27,059 nt of DNA from an uncultured virus (IMG/VR IMGVR_UViG_3300022602_000059) (Duplodnaviria > Heunggongvirae > Uroviricota > Caudoviricetes), in the IMG/VR virus record IMGVR_UViG_3300022602_000059; one strand, given 5' to 3'. Position 1 is the first letter of the stretch; every line of letters starts with the position of its first letter. Shown piece by piece: positions 9,127-17,594 of the stretch. The position numbers and the translations under genes were made by a program. Under the pieces are notes generated by a model. It searched no databases and was not told the origin of the DNA. It was given only the letters and a program-made list of their open reading frames with translations.

Positions 9127-9605
9127 TGGTAGATTAACCTTTCCGCTAAGTCTCCTGGGGTTACAAGATTGTCTGGCTTGTTTACCAATCCAATACCTGC
9201 CCTGTCGTAGGTGAGGGCAACTAGCTCTGAGCATATGACCCCATAACGCATAGCGGCACGCTCCATCAAGGATGTGTTCGCCAATACCTTGAGCCCCAAG
9301 ATACGAAGAGCTAGGACAAAGATGTCAAAAAAGCCGTAGGGACGACCAACAAGATTGACCGCAGCCTCTACGATGGTTTCACGCTGCTTGGTGGTCAGCT
9401 TTTCGTGCTGGTTCCATGCAATCAGCGGGTACTTAGAGACTGGACTGATAGCTACTCCAGTAGGGTTGGCTTCTACAATCAGGTGCTCATCGATGCAGAT
9501 GAAGGCGTGGTTCCAGCGGCTCATCGTGCCTAAGCGGATGAGCTTGCCAAAGAAGCCTGTAGTCTTGACGACGCCGTAATCGCCTGGGCGTGGAGTGTAT
9601 GTCAT
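9123..9605 (-). CDS. permuted papain-like NlpC/P60 enzyme (YiiX/YaeF type)
   Basis: PGD...SRWNHAFI (His first)...VGRPY...ICSELVA (Cys last)...VTPGDL. Confidence 0.85.
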   Translation of the reverse strand: MTYTPRPGDYGVVKTTGFFGKLIRLGTMSRWNHAFICIDEHLIVEANPTGVAISPVSKYPLIAWNQHEKLTTKQRETIVEAAVNLVGRPYGFFDIFVLALRILGLKVLANTSLMERAAMRYGVICSELVALTYDRAGIGLVNKPDNLVTPGDLAERLIYQ

Positions 9606-9877
9606 TTGTTCTCTTCTACGTATTGGTCAAAGCGACCTTCTAGACGAGCGTAGTCAACTTTGATATCCGTGATGTCTTGGCGCAAGTCATCTTGCGTAGC
9701 ATCTAACTTCTGAAGGATAGGAAGGACTTGCAGCTTAACGATGTCACTCAATGAGCTGCCGTGATTAGGACGAAGCTCTGCTAAGTAATGTTTGATGACC
9801 CAGCGACCAGAACCAATAAGTGCGCCAAGTACTACGACGCCAGATGCCGATGCTGCAAGAAGATTAGATGTAGACAT
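9602..9877 (-). CDS. membrane-anchored coiled-coil protein (lysis-associated)
   Basis: N-terminal TM segment, ELRPNHGSSL motif, C-terminal coiled coil. Confidence 0.7.
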   Translation of the reverse strand: MSTSNLLAASASGVVVLGALIGSGRWVIKHYLAELRPNHGSSLSDIVKLQVLPILQKLDATQDDLRQDITDIKVDYARLEGRFDQYVEENK

Positions 9878-9895
9878 TGATGACCTATCTGGGAT

Positions 9896-9916
9896 TGTGG
9901 ATATCGCTGTGGATAA
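9896..9916 (-). promoter_or_regulatory. tandem DnaA-box-like sites
   Basis: TTATCCACA (9908-9916, perfect) and ATATCCACA (9896-9904, 8/9), 3 bp apart, intergenic, next to AT-rich DNA. Confidence 0.5.
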
Positions 9917-10048
9917 CTACTAATTGTCCAAATATAAGAGCCCAGAAGGTGCAATACATGTAATTTTTACACATATTGGTGTACTTTTCTCTGTAAACAC
10001 CGCTGTTGAACTTGACACGCTCTGTAACTCTAGTGTTCCATAGAGTAT

Positions 10049-10075
10049 GAGGGAGTCAGCAATGACTCTCTTTCG
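10049..10075 (+). promoter_or_regulatory. 5' leader hairpin with GCAA tetraloop
   Basis: GAGGGAGTCA-GCAA-TGACTCTCTT followed by a U-rich tract. Confidence 0.6.
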
Positions 10076-10097
10076 TGTTCTACTGAGAGGAGCAGAA

Positions 10098-10613
10098 ATG
10101 CTTAATATCAGAATTAACCTAACGGTAAATGTTCGTAAGTTGACCGCAGTACTAGGAGCTATGTGTTTCGTATGGAGTCAACTGTTGACCCCAGCACATG
10201 CTCTGCCTGTACTTGCACCTCAAGAGAGGGCTGTAACAGTCGCTCTTCAGTACTTGAATGTATCTACGACCAAGTCCGCAGCGCAGAAAGCGCTCGCTAG
10301 CCCCTACGTCAAGTACTTTGACCCCGAGACCATTGCATTCCTCACGGAGTACGCCAATGGCCAATCGATGAAGGAGTGGAAGTGCCTCGACCAGCTATGG
10401 TCCGCGGAGAGCCACTTCAACCCTAAGGCCCTGAACATGAGCTCCAAGGCTTTTGGCCTAGCTCAGTTCCTGCCTACTACATGGACCAATTACAAAATCA
10501 AGAAGACCAGTGTGGCTGTAGTCCAAGTTCAATATGGTCTTCACTACATCAAGGTTCGTTACGGTACAGCTTGTAATGCCTGGGCTTTTCATCAAAAGAA
10601 TGGATGGTATTGA
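10098..10613 (+). CDS. secreted lytic transglycosylase (SLT/lysozyme-like, actinobacterial type)
   Basis: Signal-like N-terminus; EWKCLDQLWSAESHFNPKA (catalytic Glu), AFGLAQF, GLHYIKVRYGTACNAWAFHQKNGWY; GAGAGGAG SD before ATG 10098. Confidence 0.88.
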   Translation: MLNIRINLTVNVRKLTAVLGAMCFVWSQLLTPAHALPVLAPQERAVTVALQYLNVSTTKSAAQKALASPYVKYFDPETIAFLTEYANGQSMKEWKCLDQLWSAESHFNPKALNMSSKAFGLAQFLPTTWTNYKIKKTSVAVVQVQYGLHYIKVRYGTACNAWAFHQKNGWY

Positions 10614-10623
10614 CCTAGAAAGC

Positions 10624-10656
10624 AAAAAGCCCCAGCCGATTGGCTGGGGCTTTTTT
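10624..10656. terminator. bidirectional intrinsic terminator
   Basis: AAAAAGCCCCAGCC-GATT-GGCTGGGGCTTTTTT between convergent genes. Confidence 0.92.
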
Positions 10657-10665
10657 GTTCTCTGA

Positions 10666-12069
10666 TTAGAGAGTATAGGTATAGGTACCAGCTGCAACTC
10701 CTGGGTTTTCACCAGTAGGCAACTTGTAAACAACCAAGTTAACCGCAGTTCCCAAGGTCTGGCTTCCTGTTACAGACTGGCTGTAAACAGTTCCAACGTT
10801 GAGTGCTGTTGCACCTGAGGTTGTGTAGGTAACAGTTCCTACGTTCAATGAAGCTACGCCAATCTGACGGATAGCTTCCTTGATGGTCAAGCCAGTAACA
10901 GTTGGAGTAGAAGTTGTTGAAGCAGATGCTGCAACAGTCACTACTGCAAGGCCACGAATAGCACCTGAGACGGTGCTGCTAAGAGAGGCAGCGGTGCCAT
11001 CTACAGTAGAGTTGGTTACTGTGAACTGTGTTGGGGTCGCAGATGCAATCGTAACAGAGCTGAGGTTGTACGCTGATGCCGTTGTGTAGGTAGGGGCGTA
11101 GATAGCGGTTGCGATTGGCTGGTTTGAGCCAGCAAGTACGTAGTTGTACAGACCTGAGATTGATACAGTCTGGCCAGTAGAGAAGTTGTTATGTGCTGTG
11201 TAGGTTACGGTTGTGCCGTCTCCTGAAGCAGCGGTAACTACAGCTGACAAGGTGTAGGCAGGGTTGAAGCCTGTGGTCTTGTTTGCCGCGTTTAGAGGGA
11301 ATGCCTCGTATCCGTTAAGGATATTTACGGTGTTGTCATTAGGGACAGTGTAGGAACCAGCCTGGCCAACAGTGACTGTTGGTTGGGTTTCGGTGAGGAC
11401 GTTTGACGTAAAGTCAGTGGTTGTTCCCCAACCGTAGTCTGCGCCAATACCGTCAAGAAGCTCAGCGTAAGCCTCGGCAAGACCTGAAGCGCCTGAAACA
11501 GCGCGGTCAGTTGTTGCGTTGGTGATGGTGAATGCTGAGGTGGTTGCAGATGCAACAGCGCCTGTGAGGTTGAAAGCAGATGCGTAAGCACCAGTAGCTG
11601 TTGAGGTAGAGCCTGTAGCAGCTGATGTTACGGTGAAGTTTGTGTTAGTTACAACAGCCAAGATGGTCTTGGTGCCGTTAAATCCTGCAGCTGAAGCGCC
11701 TGAGATAACGATGGTCTGTCCTGCTGAAAGACCAACTGTTGAAGATGTTGCGTAAGTCACAACACCAGCAGATGCAGTAATGCCTGTGATAGCAACTGAG
11801 CCTAGGAGACCAGAAACGGTTACGCTCTGACCAGCAACGAACTCGTTAGCTGCGGTGTAAGTGATTGTGCCAGCTGAAGCTGAAGCAGCGGTTACTGTTG
11901 CAGAGATAAGGTCTCCACCAAAAGTACCTGAGGTTCCGCCTGTGGCGTTGTATGAAATTGATGAACCTGAACGGTCATCGTTTGTCTGTGGAGGCAAGTT
12001 GCCCCAGACGAAGTCTACAGCAACGTTGCCCGAAGGAGCTTGCTTGTAGCCAGAGTCTCTTACTGTCAT
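10666..12069 (-). CDS. Ser/Thr/Ala-rich putative virion protein with three internal beta repeats and C-terminal PASTA-like domain
   Basis: Repeats TYT..N.F..GQ.V.VSGL x3; C-terminus PTVTGLTIKEA...LNVG...GTVYSQS...GTAVNLVV. Confidence 0.65.
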   Translation of the reverse strand: MTVRDSGYKQAPSGNVAVDFVWGNLPPQTNDDRSGSSISYNATGGTSGTFGGDLISATVTAASASAGTITYTAANEFVAGQSVTVSGLLGSVAITGITASAGVVTYATSSTVGLSAGQTIVISGASAAGFNGTKTILAVVTNTNFTVTSAATGSTSTATGAYASAFNLTGAVASATTSAFTITNATTDRAVSGASGLAEAYAELLDGIGADYGWGTTTDFTSNVLTETQPTVTVGQAGSYTVPNDNTVNILNGYEAFPLNAANKTTGFNPAYTLSAVVTAASGDGTTVTYTAHNNFSTGQTVSISGLYNYVLAGSNQPIATAIYAPTYTTASAYNLSSVTIASATPTQFTVTNSTVDGTAASLSSTVSGAIRGLAVVTVAASASTTSTPTVTGLTIKEAIRQIGVASLNVGTVTYTTSGATALNVGTVYSQSVTGSQTLGTAVNLVVYKLPTGENPGVAAGTYTYTL

Positions 12070-12199
12070 TGTTTTCCTCTCGCGAAGGGATTGAAGGGGG
12101 GTAGACGAAGCCCCCTAGGGAGCGAGACGAAGTAGTAGACCTATTGAGTCAATTCTAAGGCCCTAGGTGTTCCCTAGAGCCTCAAAGTCGTCGCGGTAG

Positions 12200-12916
12200 T
12201 TAGGCGTTTTCCCCAGATTGAGCGCGAGCAAATGCGTCCCAGTACATGTTGTAGTACTTAGCGTTCAAGTCAAATCGCTTGACGTGGGTAGCAATTGCGC
12301 CAGTATGAGCGTAGACAGGAATGCCTGCGGCCTTGACCTTGCGGAAGAAGACTATGTCCTCGCTCACGTACTCATCGCCCTTGCCCTCTTTCTCGCCAAA
12401 GAAGGAGTCATTAGGGAACTTGTCACGAAGCTTCTCGACTACTGAACGGTGCATAAGTACAAGCCCCATGCCAGCGCTGTCAATCTCAATAAGCTCGTTA
12501 TTAGGTAGCGGGTGGACGTGCTGCATCTGATACTCAGAGCGGTCGTGGAAAAGGGCTGGAAGGGGGTAATCCAGCGTTCCCTCAGTCTGCTTGGAGATGA
12601 AGTAGACTCCAGAGACAATAGGCCGTATAACGGGGTTTGCGGCTTCCCAGAGGGTCTTGAGGATTTCGGCGGTTAGGCAGATATCGCTATCCACCCAGAG
12701 GAGCCAATCGCTCGTATTAGCGTCGTACCAACCGTCGATAAGGACTTGGCGCTGGCGGCCAATCTGATTACCCTGAACGCGCACAGCTTGCTTAACGCTA
12801 AAGCCCGCAACCTCAGGTAGGCGTAGGATGGTGTAGACCAAGCCCTGTGTAAACTTGCCGTCTGTAGTGCCGCCATCGCACCAGCCGATAGTGAGTGAGT
12901 CCTTTTTAGATGCCAT
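12200..12916 (-). CDS. GT-A fold glycosyltransferase (family 2-like)
   Basis: WLLWVDSDI (DxD), AGMGLVLMHRSV, SEDIVFF and a C-terminal His. Confidence 0.85.
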   Translation of the reverse strand: MASKKDSLTIGWCDGGTTDGKFTQGLVYTILRLPEVAGFSVKQAVRVQGNQIGRQRQVLIDGWYDANTSDWLLWVDSDICLTAEILKTLWEAANPVIRPIVSGVYFISKQTEGTLDYPLPALFHDRSEYQMQHVHPLPNNELIEIDSAGMGLVLMHRSVVEKLRDKFPNDSFFGEKEGKGDEYVSEDIVFFRKVKAAGIPVYAHTGAIATHVKRFDLNAKYYNMYWDAFARAQSGENA

Positions 12917-13635
12917 TACTTGTAGTCCTTTGGTTGACGGAATTTGTTCTTATATGAGTCAAAGAATGATGTACGCAAGCGCGTAGTAGTCTTTACTTGG
13001 CGCTTGTACTCTTCTTCAGAGCCGAGTTCCATCTTCCATGATTCGCGTTTAAAAGGAATGACCTGTGCCATTGGTGTACCCGCGGGTATAAGTCCTTCAA
13101 AAGACCAATCATTCAAAACAAATGGAAAGTTTACTGGAGCGTTATACTCATCAGTGTCCACAATGCCATCAAGGATGGTAAACATAGATGGTCGGTGCAT
13201 AGGCTGAGTAAAAAGTACTGAGTAGCCTTTGGGAGTTTGGATAGCCCAAGGGTTAATCCACTTAGGATAGGAGCCACCATCTACAAGATTGTTACGGTTA
13301 GGGTGCGTCGGCGCTTGTGTTACTGGGTGAAAGCCAAGAGGACCAAAGGAAGGCCACTCATACCAAGGAACAACCTTGCCTTCGTTACTTGGGTCAGGCT
13401 TTTGCGACACCCACACATCGGCATAAGTATAAAGAATGTAGCCACCAGTAATAGCATCAAAGACTGGCATACAGCGCTTAATAGTGCCTGTGGTGTGTCC
13501 GTCACCAGTGGGTTTCTTTTCTCCGCCCATGTACGACTCTAAGTTCTTGTACCAATCAGGTACAGAAGCAGATGCGGGTTTTGGTCGAAATTCCTCTGGA
13601 ACACCCATAGTGTCCGTAAAGGTAATGATTGCCAT
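12916..13635 (-). CDS. DUF6065-like protein, paralog 1
   Basis: TIKRCMPVFDAITGGY...KWINPW.IQTPKGYS...GIVDTD...GTPMAQVIPFKRESW. Confidence 0.7.
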   Translation of the reverse strand: MAIITFTDTMGVPEEFRPKPASASVPDWYKNLESYMGGEKKPTGDGHTTGTIKRCMPVFDAITGGYILYTYADVWVSQKPDPSNEGKVVPWYEWPSFGPLGFHPVTQAPTHPNRNNLVDGGSYPKWINPWAIQTPKGYSVLFTQPMHRPSMFTILDGIVDTDEYNAPVNFPFVLNDWSFEGLIPAGTPMAQVIPFKRESWKMELGSEEEYKRQVKTTTRLRTSFFDSYKNKFRQPKDYK

Positions 13636-13695
13636 TTGGTAGTCCTTTGGTTAGGTGGTTGGAAGTTTACACCTATAAGTGCTAGTATCACAACT

Positions 13696-14400
13696 ATGAG
13701 CAAAAAGTCTATTATCTTTACTCCACGAGAAAAGATAACGTCTCTTGTAGGAGTAGCTCCTACCCCAGCTGTTTCCCATGTTCCCGACTGGTATAAAAGT
13801 ATACCGCAACATATAAACGTTGAACAACTACGTCTTCATGGGGGTCAGGTTAACTCCACCATAAAAGGTTGTAGCCCATTTTTAGACGCCCTAACCGCTG
13901 GATACATGGTCACCCTAGACAGCGACGTTTTAGTTACATGGAGCAATGGCTACCCACAGTTTAATTGGAAGGGCAATAGGGACATAATATCGTCACACAG
14001 CATTGAACAGACTAGGGGACTAAGCGCTCCACAAGGATACTTTCCAGAAGTCGTTAAATGGCAAAACTACTTTCAGGTATCTACTCCACCAGGGTACTCA
14101 CTGTGGTGCACGCATCCGTCCAATAGGTTTGACTTGCCCTTTTTGACGTTAAACGGCTTTGTAGATACGGACCTGTTGACTTTTTCTATTCATTTTCCTT
14201 TTTTTATCAAAGATGGTTTTGAGGGTGTGCTTGAACAAGGGACGCCAATAGCGCAGCTAATACCCGTAAAAAGAGACAGTTGGGAATCGTCCATAGGTGA
14301 GTTTAAGGAAGACGAGGTTATTGCCTCAAATGAGATGTACAAGAAAAGGATAGTGCGAGGATACAAGCACTACTTTTGGTCTAAAAAAAGGTACGGATAG
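13696..14400 (+). CDS. DUF6065-like protein, paralog 2 (probably leaderless)
   Basis: TIKGCSPFLDALTAGY...TPPGYS...GFVDTD...GTPIAQLIPVKRDSW; TGCTAGTAT extended -10 7 nt before ATG 13696. Confidence 0.7.
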   Translation: MSKKSIIFTPREKITSLVGVAPTPAVSHVPDWYKSIPQHINVEQLRLHGGQVNSTIKGCSPFLDALTAGYMVTLDSDVLVTWSNGYPQFNWKGNRDIISSHSIEQTRGLSAPQGYFPEVVKWQNYFQVSTPPGYSLWCTHPSNRFDLPFLTLNGFVDTDLLTFSIHFPFFIKDGFEGVLEQGTPIAQLIPVKRDSWESSIGEFKEDEVIASNEMYKKRIVRGYKHYFWSKKRYG

Positions 14401-14401
14401 C

Positions 14402-14695
14402 TTACGAAAGCAATACCCAGACTTTAGTTTCTTCGTCCCACTTATATGGCTTACCGTCTGTAGGCATAGCGACAGGGGGCTGCCATACATCGTTAGAGTT
14501 AAGTACCCATGAAGCAAAAGGCTGTACCCCAACAAACTTGCTCTTAGAGGAGTCGTATGTTCCACCAATCTCTGCTGGATTGGCGTCCGTGTACTCTATG
14601 CAAGTTTTACCTGTAAGTTCTTCAGCAATAGCACGGGATTCCGCAACAATTACGTTAGTCACTACGCCGTTTTCTACAACCGCAAATTCAGCCAT
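14402..14695 (-). CDS. small acidic partner of Gly-rich protein (tail fibre assembly-like), copy 3
   Basis: MAEFAVVENGVV.N.IVAES...CIEYTDANPA.IG; paralog of 16207-16401 and 17642-17839, with an extra QPFASW...W..P.P extension. Confidence 0.7.
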   Translation of the reverse strand: MAEFAVVENGVVTNVIVAESRAIAEELTGKTCIEYTDANPAEIGGTYDSSKSKFVGVQPFASWVLNSNDVWQPPVAMPTDGKPYKWDEETKVWVLLS

Positions 14696-15636
14696 TAGAA
14701 TCCTCGCAATACGTAAATAACTCCAGCGGTACCTGCTGCACCGCTTCCGCTGTTAAGGGCTGGTCCTCCACCCGCACCAGCTCCGTACCCTGTTCCCGAC
14801 GAAGATTGGTTTCCACCAGTTCCAATACCAGAACCTGAGGGGCCAGCTGAGTTACCTGCGCCTCCGCCACCCGTGGTACCAACTACTACAGGGTTAAACG
14901 CTGAAGCAACACTTGCCGATGAGTTATTGCCTAGTCCGCTTATGTATCCATATCCCTTACCCCCACCAGGAGTGCCTGGTGCGCCTCCGTTAGGTGTGCC
15001 CAAGGTGTATGAGGATGGGGTGCCTCCTGGCCCACCGCCGTTAGAGGTATATGAGCCAAATGTCGTAGCGCCACCAGTTCCGTTGTAAGCAACTCCACCC
15101 GCACCAATTGTGTAAGAAGTCGGGCCATTTAAAACCATGCGTGCACTTTGAACGCCACCAGAACCTCCACCCCCTCCATTAGAATATCCCTGGTTGCTTC
15201 CATCTCCAGAGTAGCTTCCACCGCCACCGCCAACAATCACCGCATAAACGGGTCCAGTTTGATTGTATGTTCCGCTGGTTGTCAACGTATCGACGGTACC
15301 ACTTAATGTGGAGCTAATTGACTGTCCCACCAACTGGATATTAATAATTGTGTTAGTTCCTGAGGAAGTCCAATAAGCAATTTTTGTAGGAGCTGAAGCA
15401 AGGCTAACGGTTACTGTTCCTGAAGTTGTCACTCCAGATGCCAAAAGAGTGGTTCCTGAATAAAAATCTACATAAGTTGTTACAGATGTTGCACATGATA
15501 TTGTATAGGTTGCTGCTATGTATGCAGAGACGTTTGTTGATGTGTAAAACGTATTAGCTGCGGTAGCAGTATAAGTTTGTGCAATAGTACTGGGAGAAGA
15601 TGAGGCACCAGAACTACCTATTGTTGATGAACCCAT
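14695..15636 (-). CDS. glycine-rich fibre/adhesin-like protein, copy 3
   Basis: Ser/Thr-rich N-domain; VIVGGGGG, YTIGAGG, GGATTFG; ends GVIYVLRGF. Confidence 0.75.
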   Translation of the reverse strand: MGSSTIGSSGASSSPSTIAQTYTATAANTFYTSTNVSAYIAATYTISCATSVTTYVDFYSGTTLLASGVTTSGTVTVSLASAPTKIAYWTSSGTNTIINIQLVGQSISSTLSGTVDTLTTSGTYNQTGPVYAVIVGGGGGSYSGDGSNQGYSNGGGGGSGGVQSARMVLNGPTSYTIGAGGVAYNGTGGATTFGSYTSNGGGPGGTPSSYTLGTPNGGAPGTPGGGKGYGYISGLGNNSSASVASAFNPVVVGTTGGGGAGNSAGPSGSGIGTGGNQSSSGTGYGAGAGGGPALNSGSGAAGTAGVIYVLRGF

Positions 15637-15637
15637 A

Positions 15638-15952
15638 CTAGATTACCTCCACACCTGAGATGTTAAAAGTAACAGCTGTGGTTGAAGCTGAGCCCGAAAT
15701 AGTCTTAGCTGGGCTGTTAGCTGGGATAACTTGCTTCAAGTCGATAAAGGTAGTTGAGTTAGCCGATAAAGAAACCGCAGAAGCTACTGCCACACCATCG
15801 ATGTTAATTGTAAATGTTGAAGTAGATGTGGCGGTATTGGCTACGGCGATGTTAGTTACAATCGCGGTAGCTGAGGTAGATGACACTGTGTAGAGCGTCG
15901 TATTGGATGTTGCCGCGGCTGCGCGGGCCATCACTACTGGTGTTACTGCCAT
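15638..15952 (-). CDS. small beta-rich structural protein
   Basis: LYTV...IVTNIAVAN...ISGVE; paralog of 18702-19031 and 19568-19906. Confidence 0.75.
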   Translation of the reverse strand: MAVTPVVMARAAAATSNTTLYTVSSTSATAIVTNIAVANTATSTSTFTINIDGVAVASAVSLSANSTTFIDLKQVIPANSPAKTISGSASTTAVTFNISGVEVI

Positions 15953-16194
15953 TATATATTCGCTCCCATGATAGTCATTATCTGTGCATCATTTCCCCAG
16001 CGCATACCATTTGTTTGTGTTGAGTCTGGGATAAGTCCTTGTAACTTTCCGCCAACGCCCAAGCGGGTAACCGCTCCAGCGCCAGTGGCAACAATAAGGT
16101 CGCCAGCAGTGGTTACAGTCGAAGACTTAACCAATGAGGTGTCGGCGCCTGCGTAGTTATCCCACGAGGTTCCATTCCATCTTTTAACTGACAT
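15952..16194 (-). CDS. short fibre-shaft-like protein
   Basis: TTAGDLIVATGAGAVTRLGVG fibre motif; C-terminal IMGA. Confidence 0.7.
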   Translation of the reverse strand: MSVKRWNGTSWDNYAGADTSLVKSSTVTTAGDLIVATGAGAVTRLGVGGKLQGLIPDSTQTNGMRWGNDAQIMTIMGANI

Positions 16195-16206
16195 TTAGAT
16201 ATTCTC

Positions 16207-16401
16207 TCAGTTCGTTGGTTCTGCTGCTGGGCTTACTGGCGCTGTAAACTTTGAACCATCATAAGCCCAGCCAATTCCAGCGGGGTTAGCGTCCGTGTGC
16301 TCTATACAGGTTTTTCCAGTAGCTGTTTCAGCGTCTTCTAGAGATTCCGCAACTACAGCGTTGACTACTACTCCAGAGTCAATAACTAAATATGTTGCCA
16401 T
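16207..16401 (-). CDS. small acidic partner of Gly-rich protein, copy 2
   Basis: MATYLVIDSGVVVNAVVAES...CIEHTDANPAGIG. Confidence 0.7.
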   Translation of the reverse strand: MATYLVIDSGVVVNAVVAESLEDAETATGKTCIEHTDANPAGIGWAYDGSKFTAPVSPAAEPTN

Positions 16402-17270
16402 TATGCACTTAGTCCTCTCAAGATATACACAACTCCCGCACCACCGCTGCCGCCAGTGCTGCCTGCGTTACCTGCCTGGCCGCCGATTCCATAGTTGCCA
16501 GTGCTTGACACTACAAAAGGGAAGGGGGACGAGGCTATTGGTGAGTTGGCAAATCCAGCGTTACCTGTTACTCCCCCACCAGCACCACCAAAAACAAATC
16601 CACCAGTTGCGCCTGCTGAGCCGTTTCCGCCGCTAGGGTATCCGTTGGCGTTAGTTCCAGCTCCGCCGCCACCTGCGCCTCCGCCGTTAGCAGTATAGTT
16701 GCCGATATTGGTCGCGCCACCAGCGTTTCCAGACGCTCCGTAGACCCCCGTTCCACCAGCACCGACAGTGATGGTAGATATTCCAGTCAAGCTCATTGTA
16801 CCCGCAACCATTGCACCTGCTCCAGCGTTACTTCCCGCCGCGCTGTTACCCGCACCACCAGCTCCGCCGCCGCCAATTGCAACAACAAAGGCGGTACCAT
16901 TCTGTGAGTAGGTGTTAGTAGTGGTAGTGATGGTATCTAATGTGCCGCTTACTGATGTAGAAACAGGCAAAAGTCCAGTCAAGGTTATGACTATTGATGT
17001 ATTTGAAGCACTGGCGCTGTAATAGATTTTTGTAGCAGCTGTTGCCAAGCTTATAGATACAGTGCCTGAGCTTGTTACCGTATCCAAAACTTTTGTGGAG
17101 CCGTTCCAGAACTCTACATAAGCAGTTACAGAAGATGTGCAGGTAACTGTGTATGTTCCAGGAGTAAACGAGGTGCTTGACTCGTACACGACTGAAGTTG
17201 AGGCAGCGATAAAGGACTGCCCTACAGTAGATACGCTAGAACCGCCCAAGCTTGAGTAACTAAGTGACAT
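16401..17270 (-). CDS. glycine-rich fibre/adhesin-like protein, copy 2
   Basis: Start MSLSY at 17270 (TAATG coupling); AIGGGGAGG, ITVGAGG; ends GVVYILRGLSA. Confidence 0.75.
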   Translation of the reverse strand: MSLSYSSLGGSSVSTVGQSFIAASTSVVYESSTSFTPGTYTVTCTSSVTAYVEFWNGSTKVLDTVTSSGTVSISLATAATKIYYSASASNTSIVITLTGLLPVSTSVSGTLDTITTTTNTYSQNGTAFVVAIGGGGAGGAGNSAAGSNAGAGAMVAGTMSLTGISTITVGAGGTGVYGASGNAGGATNIGNYTANGGGAGGGGAGTNANGYPSGGNGSAGATGGFVFGGAGGGVTGNAGFANSPIASSPFPFVVSSTGNYGIGGQAGNAGSTGGSGGAGVVYILRGLSA

Positions 17271-17584
17271 TAGGAGACTCTCCATCCATAAGTAGAACCT
17301 GTGTATACGAACACTACGCCCGCATAATTCTTGTCGATAACCAGCGTCTGCGATGAGCCGTTGAGGTTAGAACCGTTGTTATTGACAGTAATGTTATTAG
17401 TTGCGGCGTTGCCTGTCGCGTCAAACACGTGCAGTTCATCTCCCAACCGCGGGGAAGCAGGCAGGGTCAAAGAACGGGACGTAGTTGTATCAACAAAATA
17501 GTTGTGTGCATCAACTAGGGTGATGTTGCTGCTTACCGCTTGCGAGGTAAATAGCCCATTAGCCCTGTCTCTAGACTCTGTCAT
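17270..17584 (-). CDS. fibre-associated small protein
   Basis: YFVDTT...LTLPASP..GD...DA.G....NNITV..NG...GW pattern typical of fibre/baseplate repeats. Confidence 0.7.
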   Translation of the reverse strand: MTESRDRANGLFTSQAVSSNITLVDAHNYFVDTTTSRSLTLPASPRLGDELHVFDATGNAATNNITVNNNGSNLNGSSQTLVIDKNYAGVVFVYTGSTYGWRVS

Positions 17585-17594
17585 TTAACTTCCT

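Noticed and set aside
10012..10046. TTGACA as the -35 of the transglycosylase promoter
   Set aside because: Nearest -10-like hexamers are 13 and 23 bp away, not about 17, so the promoter could not be defined
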